Origin: the human T2T-CHM13v2.0 reference genome, Homo sapiens
DNA length: 64,000 bases
Assembly: GCF_009914755.1 (NCBI RefSeq)
Contig: NC_060946.1
Reading direction: 5' to 3' (one strand)
This document shows positions 27,901-40,700 of the stretch, in pieces; within the stretch, counting starts at the first letter, position 1, and each line of letters starts with the position of its first letter. Under the pieces are notes generated by a model. That model was not told where the DNA came from. It made no database searches and saw nothing but the letters and a program-made list of their open reading frames with translations. Position numbers and translations under genes: made by a program.

Positions 27901-30900
27901 CTTTTTCACCTTAGGCCTCAGAGCGCTCCAAATATCCACTTGCACATACTACAAAAAGAGTGCTTCAAAGCTGCTCTCTGAAACGGAATGTTCAACTCTA
28001 TGAGTTGAATGCAAACATCACAAAGACGTTTCTGAGAATGCTTCTGTCTAGATTTGATATGAAGATATTCCCGTTTCCAACGAAATCTTCAAATCTATCC
28101 AAATGTCCACTTGCAGATTCAACAAACAGTGTTTTTCAGAACTGCTCTATCAAAAGAAAGATCCACCTCTGTTAGCTGAGTTCACACATCACAAACAAGT
28201 TTATGAGAATGCTTCTGTCTAGTTTTTATTTGAAGATATTTCCTTTCTCACCATAGACCTGAAAGCTGTCCTAGTGTTCACTTCCAGATACTACAGAAAG
28301 AGTGTTTCAAAACTGCTGTACGAAAGGGAATGTTCAACTCTGTGACTTGAATGCACACATCACAAAGAAGTTTCTGAGGATGCTGCTGTCTACTTTTTAT
28401 ACGTAATCCGCTTTCCAACGAAATCCTCCAAGCTATCCAAATATCCACTTGCAGATTCCACAGAAAGACTGTTTCAAAACTGCTCTGTCAATAGAAAGGT
28501 TCAACTCTGTTGTCTGCGTGCATATATCCCAAAGAAGATTCTGAGATTGCTTCTGTCTAGTTTTTATGGGAAGATATTTCCCTTTTCACCGTAGGTGTCA
28601 AGGAGCTCCAAATGTCCACTTCCAGATACTACAAAAAGAGTGTTTCAAACCTACTCTGCGAAAGGGAATATTCAACTCTGTGACTTGAAGGCAGATATCA
28701 GAAATAAGTTTCTGAGAATGCTTCTGTCGAGATTTTATATGAAGATATTCCCGTTTCCAACGAAATCCTGAAATCTATCCAAATATCCCCTCGCAGATTC
28801 TACAAAAAGAGTGTTTCAAAACTGCTCTGTAAAAAGAAAGGTTCAACTCTGTTAGTTGAGTACACACATCACAAACAAGTTTCACAGAATGCTTCTTTCT
28901 AGCTTGTAGGGGAAGATATTCCCTTTATCACCATGGGCCTCAAACCGTCCGAAACGTTTACTTCCATATACTACAAAAAGAGCGTTTCAAACCTGCTCTA
29001 TGAAAGGCAATGTTCAACTCTGTGACTTGAATGCAGACATCACAGAGCAGTTTCTGAGAATGCTTCTGTCTAGATTTTATAGGAAGATATTTCCGTTTCC
29101 AACGAAACCTTCACAGCTATCCAAATATCCACTTGCAGATTCTACAAAAAGAGTGTATCAAAACTGCTCTGTCAAAAGGAAGGTTCTTCTCTGTTAGTTG
29201 AGTACATACGTCATAAAGGAGTTTCTGAGAATGTTTCTGTCAAGTGGTTACGGGAAGATATTTGCTTTTTCACCTTAGGCCTCAGAGCGCTCCAAATATC
29301 CACTTGCACATACTACAAAAAGAGTGCTTCAAAGCTGCTCTCTGAAACGGAATGTTCAACTCTATGAGTTGAATGCAAACATCACAAAGACGTTTCTGAG
29401 AATGCTTCTGTCTAGATTTGATATGAAGATATTCCCGTTTCCAACGAAATCTTCAAATCTATCCAAATGTCCACTTGCAGATTCAACAAAAAGTGTTTTT
29501 CAGAACTGCTCTATCAAAAGAAAGATCCACCTCTGTTAGCTGAGTTCACACATCACAAACAAGTTTATGAGAATGCTTCTGTCTAGTTTTTATTTGAAGA
29601 TATTTCCTTTCTCACCATAGACCTGAAAGCTGTCCTAATGTTCACTTCCAGATACTACAGAAAGAGCGTTTCAAAACTACTGTACGAAAGGGAATGTTCA
29701 ACTCTGTGACTTGAATGCACACATCACAAAGAAGTTTCTGAGGATGCTGCTGTCTACTTTTTATACGTAATCCCGTTTCCAACGAAATCCTCCAATCTAT
29801 CCAAATATCCACTTGCAGATTCCACAGAAAGACTGTTTCAAAACTGCTCTGTCAATAGAAAGGTTCAACTCTGTTAGCTGCGTGCATATATCCCAAAGAA
29901 GATTCTGAGATTGCTTCTGTCTAGTTTTTATGGGAAGATATTTCCCTTTTCACCGTAGGTGTCAAGGCGCTCCAAATGTCCACTTCCAGATACTACAAAA
30001 AGAGTGTTTCAAACCTACTCTCTGAAAGGGAATATTCAACTCTGTGACTTGAATGCAGATATCACAATGAAGTTTCTGAGAATGCTTCTGTCGAGATTTT
30101 ATATGAAGATATTCCCGTTTCCTACGAAATCCTGAAATCTATCCAAATATCCCCTCGCAGATTCTACAAAAAGAGTTTTTCAAAACTGCTCTGTAAAAAG
30201 AAAGGTTCAACTCTGTTAGTTGAGTACACACATCACAAACAAGTTTCACAGAATGCTTCTTTCTAGCTTGTAGGGGAAGATATTCCCTTTAACACCATGG
30301 GCCTCAAACCGTCCGAAACGTCCACTTCCATATACTACACAAAGAGCGTTTCAAACCTGCTCTATGAAAGGCAATGTTCAACTCTGTGACTTGAATGCAG
30401 ACATCACAGAGCAGTTTCTGAGAATGCTTCTGTCTAGATTTTATAGGAAGATATTCCCGTTTCCAACGAAATCTTCACAGCTATCCAAATATCCACTTGC
30501 AGATTCTACAAAAAGAGTGTATCAAAACTGCTCTGTCAAAAGGAAGGTTCTTCTCTGTTAGGTGAGGGCATACGTCATAAAGGAGTTTCTGAGAATGTTT
30601 CTGTCTAGTGGTTATGGGAAGATATTTGCTTTTTCACCGTAGGCCTCAGAGCGCTCCAAATATCCGCTTGCACATACTACAAAAAGAGTGCTTCAAAGCT
30701 GCTCTCTGAAACGGAATGTTCAACTCTATGAGTTGAATGCAAACATCACAAAGACGTTTCTGAGAATGCTTCCGTCTAGATTTGATATGAAGATATTCCC
30801 GTTTCCAACGACATCTTCAAATCTATCCAAATGTCCACTTGCAGATTCAACAAAAAGTGTTTTTCAGAACTGCTCTATCAAAAGAAAGATCCATCTCTGT

Positions 30901-32519
30901 TAGCTGAGTTCACACATCACAAACAAGTTTATGAGAATGCTTCTGTCTAGTTTTTATTTGAAGATATTTCCTTTCTCACCATAGACCTGAAAGCTGTCCT
31001 AATGTTCACTTCCAGATACTACAGAAAGAGTGTTTCAAAACTGCTGTACGAAAGGGAATGTTCAACTCTGTGACTTGAATGCACACATCACAAACAAGTT
31101 TCTGAGGATGCTGCTGTCTACTTTTTATACGTAATCCCGTTTCCAACGAAATCCTCCAAGCTATCCAAATATCCACTTGCAGATTCCACAGAAAGACTGT
31201 TTCAAAACTGCTCTGTCAATAGAAAGGTTCAACTCTGTTAGCTGCGTGCATATATCCCAAAGAAGATTCCGAGATTGCTTCTGTCTAGTTTTTATGGGAA
31301 GATATTTCCCTTTTCACCGTAGGTGTCAAGGCGCTCCAAATGTCCACTTCCAGATACTACAAAAAGAGTGTTTCAAACCTACTCTGCGAAAGGGAATATT
31401 CAACTCTGTGACTTGAAGGCAGATATCAGAAATAAGTTTCTGAGAATGCTTCTGTCGAGATTTTATATGAAGATATTCCCGTTTCCAACGAAATCCTGAA
31501 ATCTATCCAAATATCCCCTCGCAGATTCTACAAAAAGAGTGTTTCAAAACTGCTCTGTAAAAAGAAAGGTTCAACTCTGTTAGTTGAGTACACACATCAC
31601 AAACAAGTTTCACAGAATGCTTCTTTCTAGCTTGTAGGGGAAGATATTCCCTTTATCACCATGGGCCTCAAACCGTCCGAAACGTTTACTTCCATATACT
31701 ACAAAAAGAGCGTTTCAAACCTGCTCTATGAAAGGCAATGTTCAACTCTGTGACTTGAATGCAGACATCACAGAGCAGTTTCTGAGAATGCTTCTGTCTA
31801 GATTTTATAGGAAGATATTTCCGTTTCCAACGAAACCTTCACAGCTATCCAAATATCCACTTGCAGATTCTACAAAAAGAGTGTATCAAAACTGCTCTGT
31901 CAAAAGGAAGGTTCTTCTCTGTTAGTTGAGTACATACGTCATAAAGGAGTTTCTGAGAATGTTTCTGTCTAGTGGTTACGGGAAGATATTTGCTTTTTCA
32001 CCTTATGCCTCAGAGCGCTCCAAATATCCACTTGCACATACTACAAAAAGAGTGCTTCAAAGCTGCTCTCTGAAACGGAATGTTCAACTCTATGAGTTGA
32101 ATGCAAACATCACAAAGACGTTTCTGAGAATGCTTCTGTCTAGATTTGATATGAAGATATTCCCGTTTCCAACGAAATCTTCAAATCTATCCAAATGTCC
32201 ACTTCCAGATTCAACAAAAAGTGTTTTTCAGAACTGCTCTATCAAAAGAAAGATCCACCTCTGTTAGCTGGGTTCACACATCACAAACAAGTTTATGAGA
32301 ATGCTTCTGTCTAGTTTTTATTTGAAGATATTTCCTTTCTCACCATAGACCTGAAAGCTGTCCTAATGTTCACTTCCAGATACTACAGAAAGAGCGTTTC
32401 AAAACTACTGTACGAAAGGGAATGTTCAACTCTGTGACTTGAATGCACACATCACAAAGAAGTTTCTGAGGATGCTGCTGTCTACTTTTTATACGTAATC
32501 CCGTTTCCAACGAAATCCT

Positions 32520-35500
32520 CCAATCTATCCAAATATCCACTTGCAGATTCCACAGAAAGACTGTTTCAAAACTGCTCTGTCAATAGAAAGGTTCAACTCT
32601 GTTAGCTGCGTGCATATATCCCAAAGAAGATTCCGAGATTGCTTCTGTCTAGTTTTTATGGGAAGATATTTCCCTTTTCACCGTAGGTGTCAAGGCGCTC
32701 CAAATGTCCACTTCCAGATACTACAAAAAGAGTGTTTCAAACCTACTCTCTGAAAGGGAATATTCAACTCTGTGACTTGAATGCAGATATCACAATGAAG
32801 TTTCTGAGAATGCTTCTGTCGAGATTTTATATGAAGATATTCCCGTTTCCAACGAAATCCTGAAATCTATCCAAATATCCCCTCGCAGATTCTACAAAAA
32901 GAGTGTTTCAAAACTGCTCTGTAAAAAGAAAGGTTCAACTCTGTTAGTTGAGTACACACATCACAAACAAGTTTCACAGAATGCTTCTTTCTAGCTTGTA
33001 GGGGAAGATATTCCCTTTAACACCATGGGCCTCAAACCGTCCGAAACGTCCACTTCCATATACTACAAAAAGAGCGTTTCAATCCTGCTCTATGAAAGGC
33101 AATGTTCAACTCTGTGACTTGAATGCAGACATCACAGAGCAGTTTCTGAGAATGCTTCTGTCTAGATTTTATAGGAAGATATTCCCGTTTCCAACGAAAT
33201 CTTCACAGCTATCCAAATATCCACTTGCAGATTCTACAAAAAGAGTGTATCAAAACTGCTCTGTCAAAAGGAAGGTTCTTCTCTGTTAGGTGAGGGCATA
33301 CGTCATAAAGGAGTTTCTGAGAATGTTTCTGTCTAGTGGTTATGGGAAGATATTTGCTTTTTCACCGTAGGCCTCAGAGCGCTCCAAATATCCGCTTGCA
33401 CATACTACAAAAAGAGTGCTTCAAAGCTGCTCTCTGAAACGGAATGTTCAACTCTATGAGTTGAATGCAAACATCACAAAGACGTTTCTGAGAATGCTTC
33501 CGTCTAGATTTGATATGAAGATATTCCCGTTTCCAACGACATCTTCAAATCTATCCAAATGTCCACTTGCAGATTCAACAAAAAGTGTTTTTCAGAACTG
33601 CTCTATCAAAAGAAAGATCCATCTCTGTTAGCTGAGTTCACACATCACAAACAAGTTTATGAGAATGCTTCTGTCTAGTTTTTATTTGAAGATATTTCCT
33701 TTCTCACCATAGACCTGAAAGCTGTCCTAATGTTCACTTCCAGATACTACAGAAAGAGTGTTTCAAAACTGCTGTACGAAAGGGAATGTTCAACTCTGTG
33801 ACTTGAATGCACACATCACAAACAAGTTTCTGAGGATGCTGCTGTCTACTTTTTATACGTAATCCCGTTTCCAACGAAATCCTCCAAGCTATCCAAATAT
33901 CCACTTGCAGATTCCACAGAAAGACTGTTTCAAAACTGCTCTGTCAATAGAAAGGTTCAACTCTGTTAGCTGCGTGCATATATCCCAAAGAAGATTCCGA
34001 GATTGCTTCTGTCTAGTTTTTATGGGAAGATATTTCCCTTTTCACCGTAGGTGTCAAGGCGCTCCAAATGTCCACTTCCAGATACTACAAAAAGAGTGTT
34101 TCAAACCTACTCTCTGAAAGGGAATATTCAACTCTGTGACTTGAATGCAGATATCACAATGAAGTTTCTGAGAATGCTTCTGTCGAGATTTTATATGAAG
34201 ATATTCCCGTTTCCAACGAAATCCTGAAATCTATCCAAATATCCCCTCGCAGATTCTACAAAAAGAGTGTTTCAAAACTGCTCTGTAAAAAGAAAGGTTC
34301 AACCCTGTTAGTTGAGTACACACATCACAAACAAGTTTCACAGAATGCTTCTTTCTAGCTTGTAGGGGAAGATATTCCCTTTATCACCATGGGCCTCCAA
34401 CCGTCCGAAACGTTTACTTCCATATACTACAAAAAGAGCGTTTCAAACCTGCTCTATGAAAGGCAATGTTCAACTCTGTGACTTGAATGCCGACATCACA
34501 GAGCAGTTTCTGAGAATGCTTCTGTCTAGATTTTATAGGAAGATATTTCCGTTTCCAACGAAACCTTCACAGCTATCCAAATATCCACTTGCAGATTCTA
34601 CAAAAAGAGTGTATCAAAACTGCTCTGTCAAAAGGAAGGTTCTTCTCTGTTAGTTGAGTACATACGTCATAAAGGAGTTTCTGAGAATGTTTCTGTCTAG
34701 TGGTTACGGGAAGATATTTGCTTTTTCACCTTAGGCCTCAGAGCGCTCCAAATATCCACTTGCACATACTACAAAAAGAGTGCTTCAAAGCTGCTCTCTG
34801 AAACGGAATGTTCAACTCTATGAGTTGAATGCAAACATCACAAAGACGTTTCTGAGAATGCTTCTGTCTAGATTTGATATGAAGATATTCCCGTTTCCAA
34901 CGAAATCTTCAAATCTATCCAAATGTCCACTTCCAGATTCAACAAAAAGTGTTTTTCAGAACTGCTCTATCAAAAGAAAGATCCACCTCTGTTAGCTGAG
35001 TTCACACATCACAAACAAGTTTATGAGAATGCTTCTGTCTAGTTTTTATTTGAAGATATTTCCTTTCTCACCATAGACCTGAAAGCTGTCCTAGTGTTCA
35101 CTTCCAGATACTACAGAAAGAGTGTTTCAAAACTGCTGTACGAAAGGGAATGTTCAACTCTGTGACTTGAATGCACACATCACAAAGAAGTTTCTGAGGA
35201 TGCTGCTGTCTACTTTTTATACGTAATCCCCTTTCCAACGAAATCCTCCAAGCTATCCAAATATCCACTTGCAGATTCCACAGAAAGACTGTTTCAAAAC
35301 TGCTCTGTCAATAGAAAGGTTCAACTCTGTTAGCTGCGTGCATATATCCCAAAGAAGATTCTGAGATTGCTTCTGTCTAGTTTTTATGGGAAGATATTTC
35401 CCTTTTCACCGTAGGTGTCAAGGAGCTCCAAATGTCCACTTCCAGATACTACAAAAAGAGTGTTTCAAACCTACTCTGCGAAAGGGAATATTCAACTCTG

Positions 35501-38500
35501 TGACTTGAAGGGAGATATCACAAAGAAGATTCTGAGAATGCTTCTGTCGAGATTTTATATGAAGATATTCCCGTTTCCAACGAAATCCTGAAATCTATCC
35601 AAATATCCCCTCGCAGATTCTACAAAAAGAGTGTTTCAAAACTGCTCTGTAAAAAGAAAGGTTCAACTCTGTTAGTTGAGTACACACATCACAAACAAGT
35701 TTCACAGAATGCTTCTTTCTAGCTTGTAGGGGAAGATATTCCCTTTATCACCATGGGCCTCAAACCGTCCGAAACGTCCACTTCCATATACTACAAAAAG
35801 AGCGTTTCAAACCTGCTCTATGAAAGGCAATGTTCAACTCTGTGACTTGAATGCAGACATCACAGAGCAGTTTCTGAGAATGCTTCTGTCCAGATTTTAT
35901 AGGAAGATATTCCCGTTTCCAACGAAATCTTCACAGCTATCCAAATATCCACTTGCAGATTCTACAAAAAGAGTGTATCAAAACTGCTCTGTCAAAAGGA
36001 AGGTTCTTCTCTTTTAGGTGAGTGCATACGTCATAAAGGAGTTTCTGAGAATGTTTCTGTCTAGTGGTTATGGGAAGATATTTGCTTTTTCACCGTAGGC
36101 CTCAGAGCGCTCCAAATATCCACTTGCACATACTACAAAAAGAGTGTTTCAAAGCTGCTCTCTGAAAGGGAATGTTCAACTCTATGAGTTGAATGCAAAC
36201 ATCACAAAGACGTTTCTGAGAATGCTTCTGTCTAGATTTGATATGAAGATATTCCCGTTTCCAACGAAATCTTCAAATCTATCCAAATGTCCACTTGCAG
36301 ATTCAACAGTGTTTTTCAGAACTGCTCTATCAAAAGAAAGATCCACCTCTGATAGCTGAGTTCACACTTCACAAACAAGTTTATCAGAATGCTTCTGTCT
36401 AGTTTTTATTTGAAGATATATCCTTTCTCACTATAGACCTGAAAGCTCTCCTAAAGTTCACTTCCAGATACTACAGAAAGAGTGTTTCAAAACTGCTGTA
36501 CGAAAGGGAATGTTCAACTCTGTGACTTGAATGCACACATCACAAAGAAGTTTCTTAGGATGCTGCTGTCTACTTTTTATACGAAATCCCGTTTCCAACG
36601 AAATCCACCAATCTATCCAAATATCCACTTGCAGATTCCACAGAAAGACTGTTTCAAAACTGCTCTGTCAATAGAAAGGTTCAACTCTGTTAGCTGCGTG
36701 CATATATCCCAAAGAAGATTCCGAGATTGCTTCTGTCTAGTTTTTATGGGAAGATATTTCCCTTTTCACCGTAGGTGTCAAGGCGCTCCAAATGTCCACT
36801 TCCAGATACTACAAAAAGAGTGTTTCAAACCTACTCTCTGAAAGGGAATATTCAACTCTGTGACTTGAATGCAGATATCACAATGAAGTTTCTGAGAATG
36901 CTTCTGTCGAGATTTTATATGAAGATATTCCCGTTTCCAACGAAATCCTGAAATCTATCCAAATATCCCCTCGCAGATTCTACAAAAAGAGTGTTTCAAA
37001 ACTGCTCTGTAAAAAGAAAGGTTCAACTCTGTTAGTTGAGTACACACATCACAAACAAGTTTCACAGAATGCTTCTTTCTAGCTTGTAGGGGAAGATATT
37101 CCCTTTAACACCATGGGCCTCAAACCGTCCGAAACGTCCACTTCCATATACTACAAAAAGAGCGTTTCAATCCTGCTCTATGAAAGGCAATGTTCAACTC
37201 TGTGACTTGAATGCAGACATCACAGAGCAGTTTCTGAGAATGCTTCTGTCTAGATTTTATAGGAAGATATTCCCGTTTCCAACGAAATCTTCACAGCTAT
37301 CCAAATATCCACTTGCAGATTCTACAAAAAGAGTGTATCAAAACTGCTCTGTCAAAAGGAAGGTTCTTCTCTGTTAGGTGAGGGCATACGTCATAAAGGA
37401 GTTTCTGAGAATGTTTCTGTCTAGTGGTTATGGGAAGATATTTGCTTTTTCACCGTAGGCCTCAGAGCGCTCCAAATATCCGCTTGCACATACTACAAAA
37501 AGAGTGCTTCAAAGCTGCTCTCTGAAACGGAATGTTCAACTCTATGAGTTGAATGCAAACATCACAAAGACGTTTCTGAGAATGCTTCCGTCTAGATTTG
37601 ATATGAAGATATTCCCGTTTCCAACGACATCTTCAAATCTATCCAAATGTCCACTTGCAGATTCAACAAAAAGTGTTTTTCAGAACTGCTCTATCAAAAG
37701 AAAGATCCATCTCTGTTAGCTGAGTTCACACATCACAAACAAGTTTATGAGAATGCTTCTGTCTAGTTTTTATTTGAAGATATTTCCTTTCTCACCATAG
37801 ACCTGAAAGCTGTCCTAATGTTCACTTCCAGATACTACAGAAAGAGTGTTTCAAAACTGCTGTACGAAAGGGAATGTTCAACTCTGTGACTTGAATGCAC
37901 ACATCACAAACAAGTTTCTGAGGATGCTGCTGTCTACTTTTTATACGTAATCCCGTTTCCAACGAAATCCTCCAAGCTATCCAAATATCCACTTGCAGAT
38001 TCCACAGAAAGACTGTTTCAAAACTGCTCTGTCAATAGAAAGGTTCAACTCTGTTAGCTGCGTGCATATATCCCAAAGAAGATTCCGAGATTGCTTCTGT
38101 CTAGTTTTTATGGGAAGATATTTCCCTTTTCACCGTAGGTGTCAAGGCGCTCCAAATGTCCACTTCCAGATACTACAAAAAGAGTGTTTCAAACCTACTC
38201 TCTGAAAGGGAATATTCAACTCTGTGACTTGAATGCAGATATCACAATGAAGTTTCTGAGAATGCTTCTGTCGAGATTTTATATGAAGATATTCCCGTTT
38301 CCAACGAAATCCTGAAATCTATCCAAATATCCCCTCGCAGATTCTACAAAAAGAGTGTTTCAAAACTGCTCTGTAAAAAGAAAGGTTCAACCCTGTTAGT
38401 TGAGTACACACATCACAAACAAGTTTCACAGAATGCTTCTTTCTAGCTTGTAGGGGAAGATATTCCCTTTATCACCATGGGCCTCCAACCGTCCGAAACG

Positions 38501-40700
38501 TTTACTTCCATATACTACAAAAAGAGCGTTTCAAACCTGCTCTATGAAAGGCAATGTTCAACTCTGTGACTTGAATGCCGACATCACAGAGCAGTTTCTG
38601 AGAATGCTTCTGTCTAGATTTTATAGGAAGATATTTCCGTTTCCAACGAAACCTTCACAGCTATCCAAATATCCACTTGCAGATTCTACAAAAAGAGTGT
38701 ATCAAAACTGCTCTGTCAAAAGGAAGGTTCTTCTCTGTTAGTTGAGTACATACGTCATAAAGGAGTTTCTGAGAATGTTTCTGTCTAGTGGTTACGGGAA
38801 GATATTTGCTTTTTCACCTTAGGCCTCAGAGCGCTCCAAATATCCACTTGCACATACTACAAAAAGAGTGCTTCAAAGCTGCTCTCTGAAACGGAATGTT
38901 CAACTCTATGAGTTGAATGCAAACATCACAAAGACGTTTCTGAGAATGCTTCTGTCTAGATTTGATATGAAGATATTCCCGTTTCCAACGAAATCTTCAA
39001 ATCTATCCAAATGTCCACTTCCAGATTCAACAAAAAGTGTTTTTCAGAACTGCTCTATCAAAAGAAAGATCCACCTCTGTTAGCTGAGTTCACACATCAC
39101 AAACAAGTTTATGAGAATGCTTCTGTCTAGTTTTTATTTGAAGATATTTCCTTTCTCACCATAGACCTGAAAGCTGTCCTAGTGTTCACTTCCAGATACT
39201 ACAGAAAGAGTGTTTCAAAACTGCTGTACGAAAGGGAATGTTCAACTCTGTGACTTGAATGCACACATCACAAAGAAGTTTCTGAGGATGCTGCTGTCTA
39301 CTTTTTATACGTAATCCCCTTTCCAACGAAATCCTCCAAGCTATCCAAATATCCACTTGCAGATTCCACAGAAAGACTGTTTCAAAACTGCTCTGTCAAT
39401 AGAAAGGTTCAACTCTGTTAGCTGCGTGCATATATCCCAAAGAAGATTCTGAGATTGCTTCTGTCTAGTTTTTATGGGAAGATATTTCCCTTTTCACCGT
39501 AGGTGTCAAGGAGCTCCAAATGTCCACTTCCAGATACTACAAAAAGAGTGTTTCAAACCTACTCTGCGAAAGGGAATATTCAACTCTGTGACTTGAAGGG
39601 AGATATCACAAAGAAGATTCTGAGAATGCTTCTGTCGAGATTTTATATGAAGATATTCCCGTTTCCAACGAAATCCTGAAATCTATCCAAATATCCCCTC
39701 GCAGATTCTACAAAAAGAGTGTTTCAAAACTGCTCTGTAAAAAGAAAGGTTCAACTCTGTTAGTTGAGTACACACATCACAAACAAGTTTCACAGAATGC
39801 TTCTTTCTAGCTTGTAGGGGAAGATATTCCCTTTATCACCATGGGCCTCAAACCGTCCGAAACGTCCACTTCCATATACTACAAAAAGAGCGTTTCAAAC
39901 CTGCTCTATGAAAGGCAATGTTCAACTCTGTGACTTGAATGCAGACATCACAGAGCAGTTTCTGAGAATGCTTCTGTCCAGATTTTATAGGAAGATATTC
40001 CCGTTTCCAACGAAATCTTCACAGCTATCCAAATATCCACTTGCAGATTCTACAAAAAGAGTGTATCAAAACTGCTCTGTCAAAAGGAAGGTTCTTCTCT
40101 TTTAGGTGAGTGCATACGTCATAAAGGAGTTTCTGAGAATGTTTCTGTCTAGTGGTTATGGGAAGATATTTGCTTTTTCACCGTAGGCCTCAGAGCGCTC
40201 CAAATATCCACTTGCACATACTACAAAAAGAGTGTTTCAAAGCTGCTCTCTGAAAGGGAATGTTCAACTCTATGAGTTGAATGCAAACATCACAAAGACG
40301 TTTCTGAGAATGCTTCTGTCTAGATTTGATATGAAGATATTCCCGTTTCCAACGAAATCTTCAAATCTATCCAAATGTCCACTTGCAGATTCAACAGTGT
40401 TTTTCAGAACTGCTCTATCAAAAGAAAGATCCACCTCTGATAGCTGAGTTCACACTTCACAAACAAGTTTATCAGAATGCTTCTGTCTAGTTTTTATTTG
40501 AAGATATATCCTTTCTCACTATAGACCTGAAAGCTCTCCTAAAGTTCACTTCCAGATACTACAGAAAGAGTGTTTCAAAACTGCTGTACGAAAGGGAATG
40601 TTCAACTCTGTGACTTGAATGCACACATCACAAAGAAGTTTCTTAGGATGCTGCTGTCTACTTTTTATACGAAATCCCGTTTCCAACGAAATCCACCAAT
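32520..40700. repeat. Tandem duplication of a 4,088-bp 3-HOR block; a looser third copy runs to ~44.8 kb
   Basis: Rare SNVs recur at +4,088: TTCAATCCTG (~33080/37168), GGCCTCCAA (~34392/38480), ATGCCGAC (~34488/38576), ATCCACCAATCT (~36603/40691). Confidence 0.88.
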
